A stretch of 53,699 bases of DNA, counting the filler, from Jimgerdemannia flammicorona (lineage: Eukaryota), in assembly GCA_003990765.1 (NCBI GenBank). It is 3 parts of 3 records of this genome, joined end to end, with 100 filler letters (N's around TTAATTAATTAA, not from the genome) between each part and the next. Parts side by side here need not be neighbours in the genome. Positions count along the whole stretch, not along the records: positions 1 to 17,834 come from RBNJ01002389.1; 2 more parts are not named here. The stretch is one strand, 5' to 3'. Below, piece by piece: positions 1 through 12,509 of the stretch. Made by a program: the position numbers and the translations under genes. The notes under the pieces are model-generated. The model had not been told where the DNA came from. It did no database searches and worked only from the letters and a program-made list of their open reading frames with translations. Within the stretch, counting starts at the first letter, position 1; each line of letters begins with the position of its first letter.

Positions 1-76
<76 letters not shown>

Positions 77-1259
77 TTATAAGTAACTTATAGAGCCAGC
101 TTCTAAGTTTTAGACTAAGTATAATATTTAAAAAAAGTAAAAAAGAATTATTATAGAAGAAGATAATATTGATGTAATTTATGAATAATATCAACTTAAT
201 AACCTAAATATAATATCTATCTCATCATCTACTTTTAATTCTCTCCTCTTTTTAATTTACCAATATTTTTTATTATCTACAGGTTTAGAAATCTTAAGTT
301 AATTGTCATAATCTTCACTACATACTACAATAGTATCTCCCACTACTACTGTTTTCTATCATAGCTAAGAAATAGATACTGGGCACTATTCTGGAGAGAA
401 TTCAAATAATTGGAATTATGATGATGAGTCTGAGAGTTCAGATTCAATATATATAAGTAGTTATATATATATATATGAAATATATAAATTAAAATTAAAT
501 AAATATATATTTAGTAGCTAAAAATTATTATCAAAATATTTTCAGAGTTCTCAAATAACTTGGAGTAAGAAAGGAAAGAAGAATCATATATCAGAACAAT
601 TCTCAATTTCACTAGTATATGCAGATATAATAAAGATCCAATAGATGTCTTTGATCAATTATAAAGATTAAAAAATATTTAAATAATAAATATATTTTAT
701 CCCAAAACCAAGCAGATTAGAAAGCCAAAGAAGATTATATCAATATATAAGATTTTGAAAAGACATAATATATTAATAGAAGACTAGAACAGAGTAGTCA
801 AAAAAATCTATAACTTTATATTTCTTGAGAATGCATTCCTAAGTATTTCCAATCAGTATAAATTTACTGAACTATTTCTAGCCAATATACCACATTTTGA
901 TAATACTCAAGATTTATATTCTAAGATAAATATTCAAACTATATATATATGAAATATTTATTATAAATATAAAACTAATCCAAAAATATAAATATAAATT
1001 TATTTATTTATTTTTTTAAGTATGATTGAGAAATTTCTCAGACTCATAGAAAATTAAAAGAAAAGCTTCAGAACTGTCTCTCATTCAGCTTCTCAGATAT
1101 CAAAAACCTCTTATCAGGATACTTAAAAGATCAAACCAGAATGAAGAAGATCTGAATAGATCTTTTGAAGTCACTGTCAGAGGACATATTACTAAGTTTA
1201 TTTATCAAGTACCAGAGTATATACTTGATAATAATGAAGAGATTCAGCATAATGAAGAT

Positions 1260-1308
<49 letters not shown>

Positions 1309-2829
1309 ATTCAACCTCTTCATAATCTATACTACTCTGAATATATTATAAATGTTTTCAAGTATCTCTAGTATAATATATATTAAGTACAGTAGAAGAA
1401 TGTATCTGTTCAGGAGATAATGATTCTACAGCTTACATTTATTCTAACTTTGGTAAATATATCTCAAACTTTAATCTATAAAATGATATCTCTAGATATT
1501 CAAGCTCATCAGATCTTTATCTCTCCTTTTGTCAGTTAGAAAATCTTATATCACAGATTGACTCAAAGTTGAATGAAAAGACAGATGGAAAGAATTACAG
1601 AATATGAATTAAAAGGTTGGAAAAATATAGTCAGGTTAAATTGAAACTAGATTAACTTAAAAAAGAAGTATATACTGTATATACCACTGGAGATATGAAT
1701 GGTAAGAGATCTGATTCTGAATTAGTAAGTGATATTGAAGATATACTAAATACTTAGATGTGAAAAAGATATATAACTTTTGTATTTTTTAGTCAAAACA
1801 TTGGCAGCTTCTTTAATTTAATATTAGTATACTACTTCTTCTTTTATTATTATACAGTTTTGACTTTAATTCAATTATGACTTTGCTTTCAATAAGTATG
1901 CAGATTGAATTGTAGTATATGAATTGTATGATATAGATTGTGAGATGTAAATTATAGTATACATATTTTTCTCTTTGAAATATAGCATAGTATTAATTTC
2001 ATAGTATGAATATATATTCTGGTTCAAATTTATATATTACTTATACTGAATAAGATATAGATTTCTAGTGAACAGTATAGATAAGATGTAATTAGATTTC
2101 TAGTAAATAGTAATACAGATGATATTAAGCAAAATAGTATATTTTCAAATAATAGTCTTGGGTAAAGTCACTATCACTGAGCTCTCTGAAGATAATGACA
2201 AACTCAAGTAATCTTCTCCTCCCCTGCCTTCTCCCCCCCTCTCTCTCTCAGAACTGCCACTGCACTTTATAGTAACTTTGTAATAATGAATTGCCAGAAT
2301 TACTCTGTGAATATCTCTTAGAATTTTGGTTAGTGTCTTCATATCTTGGGAAATATTTTTGCAGTAGCTAGAAGCTACTTATATTATTGCTATTCTGTAC
2401 TTAATTATTATCATCAGACTCAATTCTCAATGACATAACTATATTTCTTTAGTAGATCTACTGATACTTGAAGGAGAATATTGTTATAATTCTGAGCAGT
2501 CAGTAGATGAAGTCTTTTTTTCTTTTTTAAGAAAGGAGAGCAAAGCACAAGTATAGAATGAGATAAAAAGATAAAAGAAAGGGAGAAGGAACTGAGTGGA
2601 CAGAATTAAATAGAGTTGTCAGACATCTTTTATGACCATGCTACTCTTATGCTCTTGCCTCTATATATACTCATATATTTATATATACTGTACTTAATTT
2701 CACTATCTCCCTCCCACTCTCCCTCTCTACTTATCTTATATACACAAGTAGATTCTCTCTCTAAATCCACATTAACAAGCCCCCATCTATACTACTGACC
2801 AAGCTTTTGACATAACTATCTTTAGTTAG

Positions 2830-3584
2830 TATTTTGATATTAGAGGTGATATATATAACCCACATATACTATAAAGATATTAGAGCAGTATACCTTACCA
2901 TTACTGCTTTCCTTGCCCTACCAGAGAACCTGCAGGAGAGTCCAATTATGAAGATACTATATATCTTTTTCATATTATTTATCAAGAATCCAGTATAGAT
3001 CTTTTGCAAAAATTGAGTAACAGATAGATAGGCCAACCCTTTCCCATTCAGAAATCTGCTAAGTTGTTTGTCACTGAGCAGTATGATATTCTGGTCAGGA
3101 TCTAGAGTTACTTCACTATTACTACAGAGTTTTGGCATGACACTGCCAGTGTAGTAAGTATTTAGAAGTAGCAAAATCTAATCTTTAATTACCTGTAGCT
3201 TATTATACAGCAAATCCTCATCAATGATGCAGGTAGTCAGTGGATCATCAGTCCTGCAATTGGAAGGGATCAGATATGTCTTAGAACTATAGTATATTTC
3301 ATATCTAGAAAAAAACACCACAATACTATACTACTCATTAAAGTTGAAGACCTAAGTCTTGAGAATATCTAGCTTCTCAACAATATGTTCACATCTTTAC
3401 CTACAAGAACCTTGACCTAATGTTCTGAGTAAGCACATAAAGATAGCTGTTTGGAGACCATGGCAAGTCAGTTAGTATCATTAATTATGCTTTTGTAATT
3501 CTTGGTAGATTGACCATTAATATCTGTGCCATATCATAAAACAAGTATCACATATATTTCAAAATCATACCCATTCATTACCAT
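2830..3584 (-). pseudogene. Decayed caspase/metacaspase-like (peptidase C14) gene
   Basis: Manual translation across stops and frameshifts: ..IINDTN*LAMVSKQLSLCAYSEH*VKVLVGKD / EHIVEKLDILK..IVVFFSRYE..TYLIPSN..*ILLLLNTYYTG..GLAYLS..YSIFIIGL. Transitions alone restore the catalytic motifs FSGHG (AGA TAT GAA from GGA CAY GGA) and LLDACHAG (AAT ACT TAC TAC ACT from GAT GCT TGC CAC GCT), with correct order and spacing. Confidence 0.75.
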
Positions 3585-3639
3585 ATTATCTACATCAATC
3601 AGACAGAAGATAAATGTGCTCAGAAACCAAAGTGAGAAT

Positions 3640-4362
3640 ATTTCTATTTATTATCTAGTCAGTAAATATCTCTGTAACTGAAGCCTTATGATCATTCTAT
3701 TTATTTTATTTATTATCTAGTTGGTAAATATCTCTGTGACTGAAACCTTATTTATTTCATTCTATTATCTAGTTAGTGAATGTCTCTATAACTAAAGTCT
3801 TATAAGCATTCTATTTATTTTATTTTATTTTATTATCTGGTTGGTAAATATCTCTATAACTGAAGTCTTATGACTATTCTATTTATTATATTATATTATA
3901 TTATCTAGTCAGCAAATGACTCTATGACTGAAGCCTTATAACTATTCTATTTATTTTATTTTATTATCTGGTTAATGAATGTCTCTGTAACTAAAGCCTT
4001 ATGATTATTCTATTTATTTTATTATATTATATTATCTGGTTGGCAAATGTCTCTATAATTAAAGCCTTATGACTATTCTATTTATTTCATTTATTATTTG
4101 ATCAGTAAACATCTCTGTGACTGAAGTCTTATTTATTTCATTTTATTATCTGATTGATGAATCTCTCTATAACTGAAGCCTTATAACCATTATATTTATT
4201 TTATTTTATTTTATTATCTGGTCAGTGAATATCTCTATGATATAAATATTCTATTTATTTTATTTTATTTTATTATCTATTCAATAAATATCTCTATAAT
4301 TGAGATCTTATGATTATTCTATTTATTTATTTTATTATCTGGTTAGTGAATATCTTTGTAAC
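3640..4362. repeat. Tandem minisatellite, about 12 units of 50-67 bp
   Basis: Recurrent unit like TTATTATCTGGTTGGTAAATATCTCTGTGACTGAAGCCTTATGACTATTCTATTT with a variable (TTTTA)n tract. Confidence 0.9.
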
Positions 4363-4399
4363 TCACTGAATAATGCTATCTCTCTCTCTAACACTGCTA

Positions 4400-5160
4400 T
4401 TATACTCTATATTAATAGGCTCCTATACTACTGACTGAAGACTTACTATTTTCTAACAATCTACTATATTCTGAAGATCTACTATATTAAAAACCTACTG
4501 TATTCTAATAACTCACTATATCTACCATATTCTGGCTTCCCAAAAATTACTATATTTCAGCTACTTAACTATCTCAGATGACTTACTGCATTCTGACTTT
4601 GTAACTCATCATATTTCTATTCTACTATATTTTAATGATCTACTACATTCCAATGACCTACCATATTCCAGCTTCTCATCTTCTGATGATCCACTATATT
4701 CCAACTTCTTCTTTCAATAACTTATCATATTCCAACTTCTCATCTTCTAATGACTTATTGTATTTCTGTCCTCCAATAACCCACTGTATTCTGACTTCCT
4801 ATCTTCCAATGATCTACTATATTCTGATAACTTACTATATTCTGATGACCCACTATATTCCAGCTTCCTGTCTTCTGATAACTTATGGTATTCTAACTTC
4901 TCATCTTTAGACAACTTACTACATATATTCTAGCTTCCTGTCATAACTCACTATATTCCAGTATCTAATAAGATATATTTATTAGTTTTATACTCTTTAA
5001 TCATCTTGCTATCTATCATCTTACTATCTATCATCTCACTATCTATCATTTTGCCATCTGTCATCTTGCTGTCTATAATCTTGCCATTTGTCATCTTACT
5101 GTCCATCATCTCACCATCTGTTATCTTACTATCTATTATCTTACTATCTGTCATCTTATA
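4400..5160. repeat. Degenerate tandem repeats (CTACTATATTCTGA-like), then a 15-bp array at about 5000-5160
   Basis: 15-bp period (TCTATCATCTTGCTA-like) produces the repetitive ORFs 4951..5154 and 5006..5347. Confidence 0.8.
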
Positions 5161-5399
5161 CTCTATTCTCTTACAATATCTTTGTCTTGCAGTCTATTAT
5201 TATTTTTTAGTTCATTATTATCATTTTGCAGTTTATTATTATCTTATAGGTGAAGTCATCATTGTTAATATCTTGTATTCTGCAGTCTTTATCCTACAGT
5301 CTATCATTAGCTACATTCTTGATAGCAATTATTTCATACAATTGTAATATCTAAAATTGTAAAATATACATTATAAAGCATCTGCATTTCATCTTAATA

Positions 5400-7433
5400 G
5401 AATTGTACAGAAACTAGAAGTATATCTGAGTATAATTTTGAAAACTTTAAGATAGTTCAAAAACCATAATAAAATATTTTTATACAGATCCAGATATTGA
5501 CTAGAATATATCAAAATATTTCTACTATATATTCAGATATTGGTCATAATGTGGTTAATTTATTTCTGATATTGATCTAGATATTTTAACAATAATTTAG
5601 ATATTTTTTCATCTATTCTAGAATAATATCTCCTAATAACTAAAATAGTATATCTATACTACTAAATTTGTTCTGGAATATCTCAGAACTGTAATTCTAG
5701 TTTTGTAATAATTCTATCTAAACTATGGACAATACCTATAAACTCTTATAGTCATCACTTAAACCATAATACCAGCTATATAAGAAATTATAGATATTAT
5801 ATAAGATAATATCTAATAAGTATAAGATATTCTCACAGAAGTACAAAGAATATAAATAGTATATATATATTGACAAAAATGAAAGGGAAGTTCCTTTTAA
5901 AATAGAAGAATAAGTATTACTCAGTACTCAGTACTCAGTATCTGACCCTAAGTAATATAGGTCCCAAAAAGAAGCTTAAATCTTACTATATCAGACTATT
6001 TAAGATTCTTAAAAAATATAGATCTATCATATATAAGTTGGATCTTCTGGTAATATTAAGAAGAATTTACCCAGTGTTTTATATATTTCAACTTCAGCTA
6101 TATATTTTAAATACTTTTAAAGAAAGAACTATATTATCTCTAGACTTAGTAATTATTGATTAGTAATCAGAATATGAAGTAGATCATATCTTGAATTATC
6201 AGAATTATCAATTTAGATGAGCTGCTAAGCTCATCTGATATTATCTTGTAAAATAGAAAGAATATTCTAAGTATAATACTATCTGGGAAAAAGAAGACAA
6301 TCTGTTACCAAATATAGAAGAAGTAGTAATCTGATACAGATATCTAGTATAATGGAAATTATGATAGAATTTCTGAAAGATAGTTATATCTCTAAATAAC
6401 TCTAGTAAAAAGAAGTATAAATATCCTGAAATAATTCTATATAGATAATCTACCTTCTCTTCTAATATAAGTATTCAGCAATAATACTAAGAATAAGTCA
6501 AGAATAAGATTATTATTATTATCTTTAGAGCAATTGAATGTCAATAGAATTTTGCTAAACCACTATCTATCAATATATAAATCTCTAGAGACTCTGATTC
6601 AAATAAAGCCTAATAATATCTTAAAAAGATCCAATACTTCCAGGCTTTTCACTACTAATAAAAACTTAAGGAGTACTATGAGATAGAATGCCTTATCTGT
6701 CAATAAGCTACTCTCAGTACTGCTAAACAACAAGTCTGCTAAAAGACTCTATGTTCTTTTCTGTATCTGACTCTAAGTTCTCAATTACCTCTATAGAGTA
6801 TTTTCTAAAAATATTGTCAATTTGAGTAATGAACAATAGAGTAAATTTTTTTTTTTCAAGTAGTTTAGTATACTATCTTTCAATTTGACAAATATCTAGA
6901 GTTTAGTACTGAGTCTAATAAGTAAGCTCAAGTAAAGAAGAGAAGAATATAATGAATTATTACATATACATATTTATAAGTCACCAAAAATTTCAATAAA
7001 AATTTCTATGAAAATTTCTATAGAATTTTCAACTAGTAGTTATAGTTACTCAAAGAAGTATAACTATATATAGACATATTCAGTACACTATATTTAGTTA
7101 TAGCCTTCAAATATATATAAATATCCTCTATATTGAGTGTATTGTAATCTTAGCTCTACTTTCTCTAAATATAAAAATAAAGTGGTATTCTTATTACAAG
7201 AACTCTCAAATCTGACTTATTAATAATTCTGAGTCTGATTAACTTAAAATATAAATGTGATATTGTCACCAGTATCAGAACTTGAAAGCAATACTTGAAC
7301 TCTACTGTAACATACATTTAGAACTCAGTACTTTCTCAAGAGTACAGAATTTAGAATCAATAATCACTATTGATTATCTACAATATATTAATTCTATTAG
7401 TATATAGTTTTATTATATTTAATATTCTTGACA
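5400..7433 (+). mobile_element. Gypsy element C, 3' remnant of a chromovirus: integrase C-terminus, chromodomain, accessory ORF, PPT and LTR
   Basis: GPY/F-like KLKSYYIRLFKIL..YKLDL..IYPVF at about 5970-6090; chromodomain EYEVDHILN..YLVK*KEY..TIWEKEDNL at about 6170-6305; purine tract at 6934-6947 followed by an LTR-like stretch (6948-7433) with TATA and AATAAA, ending TGACA. Confidence 0.75.
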
Positions 7434-8803
7434 GTGGGTCTATAGTAATACTGAAGCCACTGGGATTGAGTTTAGATATTTCTTCAACTATTCTTCTGGG
7501 TTAAGATAATATAGTAAAGACTTTGCTAGATCTGACAGTTTGTAATTCTTATTGTTGGATTATCTTTACTTATATATAGAGAATATAGTAGTAGAGATAG
7601 GATTTCTTTTAGTTGGTATAATATCTCTTATAGTTCAGAAAAACCTTGGCTTTATAGTAATAATTATTAGAGAGAAGATTCAGAAAATATTCACTTGTGG
7701 CTTTGATGATTTCTCTTGTATATTTCTTATAAAAGTGGCTTCTAATTAATCTTTCAAATTCTTTTCTAATTTCTTTAATATAGATAACTTCTTTATTAAG
7801 TATAATAAATATATCAAATACTTCTTAGATAATTTTGTTATTGAGTCTGTCAAATTTCTCTTAGCTGGTTGGGTCTCAGTCCACTTAGTGATAATTCTAT
7901 TGGCTTCTTTAACTTAGTTCTAGAGAGTAGCTAGAGTGAAGATATTCTTTAATTATTATTAATAATATTAGTAATATTGACTGAGTTGTCTATATTTATA
8001 GTAGATTTCTTAAGAAAAGCTTGCTTATGGGTGGAAGTAACTTCTATTGCTATCAAATTGTAATAAAATATATATTGATAGAATTAATATATTATAGATA
8101 ATCAAGATAACTATTAGTCCTAAGTTCTGAGTCATAAAGTATATTGACATTACTTGCCGAGTGGTGGAAATTAGATGCGCGAAGAAATTTTTCCCAGTAC
8201 TTAAAGATTGTTCGGGCAAAAATATTAGGTCTCTGAGAATATCGATCTGTTTGTTAGCGTTCCTTATAAGTGACGAGGCAATGCATTTACATACTCATTG
8301 AATGGTCAGCGAACGGTACTATGGGTCATGCAAAAGGAAATGGCATAAAAAACTTGTACGTATATTTTTATTTCACTTTTTTTTTTTTTTTTTTTTTTAT
8401 AATAATTTTATTTTTCTTTGGTCTTTTTTTTTTATGATAATAATCTTATTTTCCTTTGGGCATTTATTTAACTTATGAAGATATTGACAAAATTGGAAAT
8501 AATATAATTAAGTCAGTAAAAAAGCAGTGAAATGTTAACCAATAATATAAAACATAGATCATACATTAACAATAACATCTCACTCAACAATGTCGATGCA
8601 GCCCACCCACTTCTCCAAATAGCGTCTCAACAATCAATTAAACTCTTCCTATCCAATGCCATTTGCTTCCAAAACCCTCGCTGCTCCGACCCCTCGCGCC
8701 GATGCCCATCTCGCCTCAGTAATATCAAGCAAACCTACACAATTTCTACTCTAGTATTCCGACCCTCTGACTTCCCTAGTGAAGGTTGATGTAGTCCAGC
8801 CAG

Positions 8804-9658
8804 TCATCCGCCGAGGGAGTGGCCATATTCGAAGTTCACGATGTGCGGGCACGATTTTCTCAGCTCAACGGCGATCTCCGTGACGCCACAAGGTGTTCCA
8901 ATGTAGCTGTACCGGAAACTCCTTAGCTCCGACCAGGAGGAGATAAGGGAGAAAAATTCACTTCCCTCGATGTACGCGAGGTCCAGCACGCGTAGCTGAG
9001 TACAGAGGCGCAGCGCGGAGGTCATGGGCCCGTCGAGACACATGTAGCGGAGGAAAAGCCTCCTTAGGGTGGCGGAGTGAGAGGAAACGAAGCTGGCGAC
9101 CGAGTGGAGGTTTTCGGAGCCAGAAATTTGTAGGGTGGTGATCGTCGGGAGTGTGAGCTTTTTGATGTGGTCGAAGAAGGCATCGATGTCCTTGTTGGAG
9201 GAACCCGACTTGCTACCCAGATGGATGATGAGTGTGGAGAGGCTAGGTGGGCATAGAGCCAGGATGGCCGCATAGTCTTCGAGTGCTCGATGGAATTGGG
9301 GTTTTGGTAACCAAGGGGCGGGGAGGTAAATCACCATGTTCTTTATCAAGGTGTGGTAGCGGAGTCCATATTTGTGAGCTTCCTTGAGCAGCTCAGCCAT
9401 TCGGCCGATGGTGCTCGCCGTCGCACCATTGTAGAACAGATGGGAGAAGTTGAATTTGTTGAGCCACTGGTGGGCCTCGTCATTCCAAGTTGTGCAGACC
9501 AAGGAGATAGCAAACAGGTCGAGGAATAAATCGTATTTTTTGAGGGTGGTTTTCACCGCGACATAGCAGATCACCTCGCGTACTAATTCCGGCGGCAAAC
9601 GGGAATATTTGCGGGTGAGAGGGAGAGGTTGTTTGGTTTCGCAGGGGGTGGAAGACAT
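8804..9658 (-). CDS. F-box / RNI-like LRR protein, apparently intronless, about 284 aa
   Basis: N-terminal F-box-like RLPPELVREVICYV..ISLVCTTW; LRR-like LRRLFLRY, CTQLRVLDL, SELRSF, SCPHI; GC- and CpG-rich. ATG at 9658 (the ORF track starts at an upstream TTG). The 3' end could continue via a frameshift or intron. Confidence 0.85.
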   Translation of the reverse strand: MSSTPCETKQPLPLTRKYSRLPPELVREVICYVAVKTTLKKYDLFLDLFAISLVCTTWNDEAHQWLNKFNFSHLFYNGATASTIGRMAELLKEAHKYGLRYHTLIKNMVIYLPAPWLPKPQFHRALEDYAAILALCPPSLSTLIIHLGSKSGSSNKDIDAFFDHIKKLTLPTITTLQISGSENLHSVASFVSSHSATLRRLFLRYMCLDGPMTSALRLCTQLRVLDLAYIEGSEFFSLISSWSELRSFRYSYIGTPCGVTEIAVELRKSCPHIVNFEYGHSLGG

Positions 9659-10329
9659 TATCAAAAGACGAGAAGAGAGAAATTATTGTTGCCGTCATTT
9701 TGACATTTTGGGCCGTGACTGCGCCGCACTGGAGTCGCATTTTGATTTCTATGTGGCTGCATCCCGCCACAGGAATATAAGCTGTTTTACTTCGATTATT
9801 TGAATCGCATGAGCTCGTACTTAGAGCCTCTTTATGTTAAACACCACATCCCGACTGAGCCTCCGTTGTTACACAGACTTTTCCAAGGCGCAAGATAGAC
9901 TTCTCTCAATCTCAACTAAATAATTCGTATTGTCAATTTTCATCCCTTTCCACATAATAATATACTGTGGAAAGTAGTTGTAAGCTCATTAATAAAAGTC
10001 AAGCATCAACTGGCAGCGGCCGATCGACACTGGCATTGCTTGTTTTGGATTTTGTGTCATCAACGCAGTAACGCGCAATCTGTGAAGTTCCGCCAGAAAT
10101 TTGTCACTAATTAATAAAGGGTCAAGTAATTACTTAGTAAATTAAGTAAAGCGTCGCAAGGTAACTTGTCAAACTCCCAAAGTGAGAGCCTGCTTCTTTA
10201 TCTGAATGTACGGAATGTCGAAATCTGGTGCTTTGTATTCTCCAGTCTTCGAATCTGCCAGTCTGCCTTTATTAAGCATCTTTGACAAACATCTCTATTT
10301 ATTTTTATTTTTGATGACCTGACGTGCGA

Positions 10330-10780
10330 GTGAGACATCTGGCTACTTCCTAAATGCGCCGTCCGATCTGTCTTCATCATCGCAATAATGCGCCTGCAGG
10401 GGTCTAACCACAACTTGAGTCGAATTCCCGTCGCGTCGGCTGCTTGGCCTCCGAGATCCGAAGCTCTACAAGCCAACTTGGCACCAAGATCTATATCAAA
10501 CGGGCACCCGACCTTCTATCCGTCAGCTCAGTCACGCACGACCACAATATCTGGGAGAAGCAGACTCACCTGTTCCTCTGGTCAGCCACATATACAAACC
10601 AACAGCCGTTCACAATACACATCCGATATGGCTTCCTCGTGTATTCCATCCTGCATGGAGGCCTGCCTGCAGTTCGTCTACGGGAGCCCGCTGTGCCTCA
10701 CAACGCTGGACTACATCCTCAAGGCTGGGTAGTGACGCCATGGAGCAGACCACATCGAGGCGAGCAAGCTGAAAGCTAGC
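10330..10780 (+). other. GC-rich coding-like segment, possibly a frameshifted gene fragment, unidentified
   Basis: Lies in a CpG-retaining island; protein-like stretches in different frames (LGTKIYIKRAPDLL..HDHNIWEKQ; ACLQFVYGSPLCLTTLDYILKAG). No family recognised. Confidence 0.3.
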
Positions 10781-11512
10781 GAGAGCCGTTGCGTCTTTCT
10801 TCTGACAGATATTGATCTTGACACTTAATGCAATTGATTTTTTTTTAGTCATTATAAATTTTTTGAATTAGTTCGATTAGCTTCTAGCACATAAAATGAG
10901 TTTATCAAATCAATTACTTCGATGCCATCCAATAGTTTAACATTAATAACATTTGCAATAAGCAACAGAATCACGTCGTGAACTCGGAGTTAATTTTAAA
11001 ATTGTCGATCCTGCGATTAGGTGTATTTTCGATATGCATCACAATGTACAAATTTCTGGCTATGCCAATTTAATCCGTGTGCTTGTCAAGCTTCTCCGGG
11101 TTTGTGAAATGTAAAAATCGAGGTCACCGCACATTCGAACTTAATCCTAGGCTACATGTCATTTCTCAGAAAAATGTGGGGAGGCACTCTTAATACATCT
11201 GATACTCTGGGGACATGGTCGATGTCGATGTTGGTATAAGACATGTGTTTTTATCACAATCAAGATTGTGGAATGATGGCACAAGGGTCCCTAGAAATCG
11301 CTCGTAATCCGAACGGTTCTATGCGTATCCTTGAGAACCTTCCATAGGCTAACGTGGCACCCTATGTGGGCTATGGTGTTAGTCAGACAAAAGTTGTACA
11401 ATTAGGAACTATAAATTCTGGTGCATTTAGGCAACAGGCGTGCTATCGGGTCATTTTTCAGGGTTGAAGTGTTTCACTGTGACGCTTCACTTAAGAGCGA
11501 AGCATTTAAGCC

Positions 11513-12060
11513 TAGTGTTCCGCAAACCCGACCCGAGCAACCCGGGTACGACCCTAACCTGACCCATGTCCAAGAAAAATATGACCGGATCCATCTCCAA
11601 ACCTCCCATCCGATTCTCAAGTTCTAAAAAAATATTTGATTTGTTTGGTTGTACATACCAAAGATATGGTTTAATATATGTATTCAATACTATCAATCCA
11701 AAACTATACATCAGTATGTGTTGTACACCTTGGGTATGTGATCTTGTATTTATGATAGTTTACATATGTATCAAATTTCAGTACCAGGTATCATAGGTAC
11801 AGTTTTGTATATTCAAATACTATCAATCTAAAATTATAGTATTTAACTAAGCTCAATTATATCAATATTAGATATATTTTCATTGAGTTATTGAATTTTG
11901 AAAACTCAGGTTAGTGGTAGATTTATTCTCTTAGCTTAAAAATCCAATTTCAATTTGACTTTAATTATCAAAATTGTGACTATAATATATTCATATTTAA
12001 CTCAAGAGTTAAAAATACAATAATATAATAAAAATATATTTACTTGTAACAATATTAGAT
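11513..12060 (+). mobile_element. hAT-like DNA transposon end or non-autonomous element
   Basis: Begins TAGTGTTCCGCAAACCCGACCCGAGCAACCCGGGT with subterminal ACCCG repeats; terminus resembles the TAGTGCTCCCAAC TIR of the MITE ending at 40831. Right end not confidently found. Confidence 0.5.
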
Positions 12061-12179
12061 TTGTTTGAAAGTTTACAACTAATATTATAACAAGTATAAT
12101 ATTATTAATATTAAATATATTTCTATCAAACTATTATATTTTAAGACTTTAGTTCAAATAATAGGTATAATAAACTATA

Positions 12180-12505
12180 TATATACTAATAGAATTAATA
12201 TATTATAGATAATCAAGATGACTATCAGTCCTAAGTACTGAGTTCTTATAAGGAAGTACTAAGTTCCAATTGCCTATTATAATAGTATAGTCTAAGTATT
12301 ACTTTTGAGTTCTTGTACTGACAGAGATACCATACTTATATCTTAAGTTAATTAAGCTCAGAATCATTAACAAGTCAAATCTGAGAGTTCTTAATAAGAA
12401 TATTACTTTATTCTTATATTGGAAGAAGCAGAGCTGAGATTATAATATACTCAGTATAGATAGATTCAAAGCTATAACTAAATATAGTATATTGGATATA
12501 TCTAT
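12180..12505 (-). mobile_element. Inverted LTR fragment of the element C family (another short copy at about 8070-8145)
   Basis: Reverse complement aligns by eye to about 7070-7405; 8075-8132 is a direct match to about 12186-12243. Confidence 0.75.
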
Positions 12506-12509
12506 ATAT

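Noticed and set aside
1165..1371. Poly-lysine ORFs (also 19919-20131 and 27961-28173)
   Set aside because: Translation of poly(A) runs.
74..2800. Possible decayed TE or gene
   Set aside because: CpG-depleted and AT-rich, but no motif could be reconstructed with confidence.
3640..4362. CRISPR-like appearance of regularly spaced repeats (also 39480-42559)
   Set aside because: Units are contiguous tandem copies with no unique spacers; no cas genes; eukaryotic context.
4951..5347. Repetitive ORFs (MIDSK / IILLS repeats)
   Set aside because: By-product of a 15-bp tandem repeat in decayed sequence.
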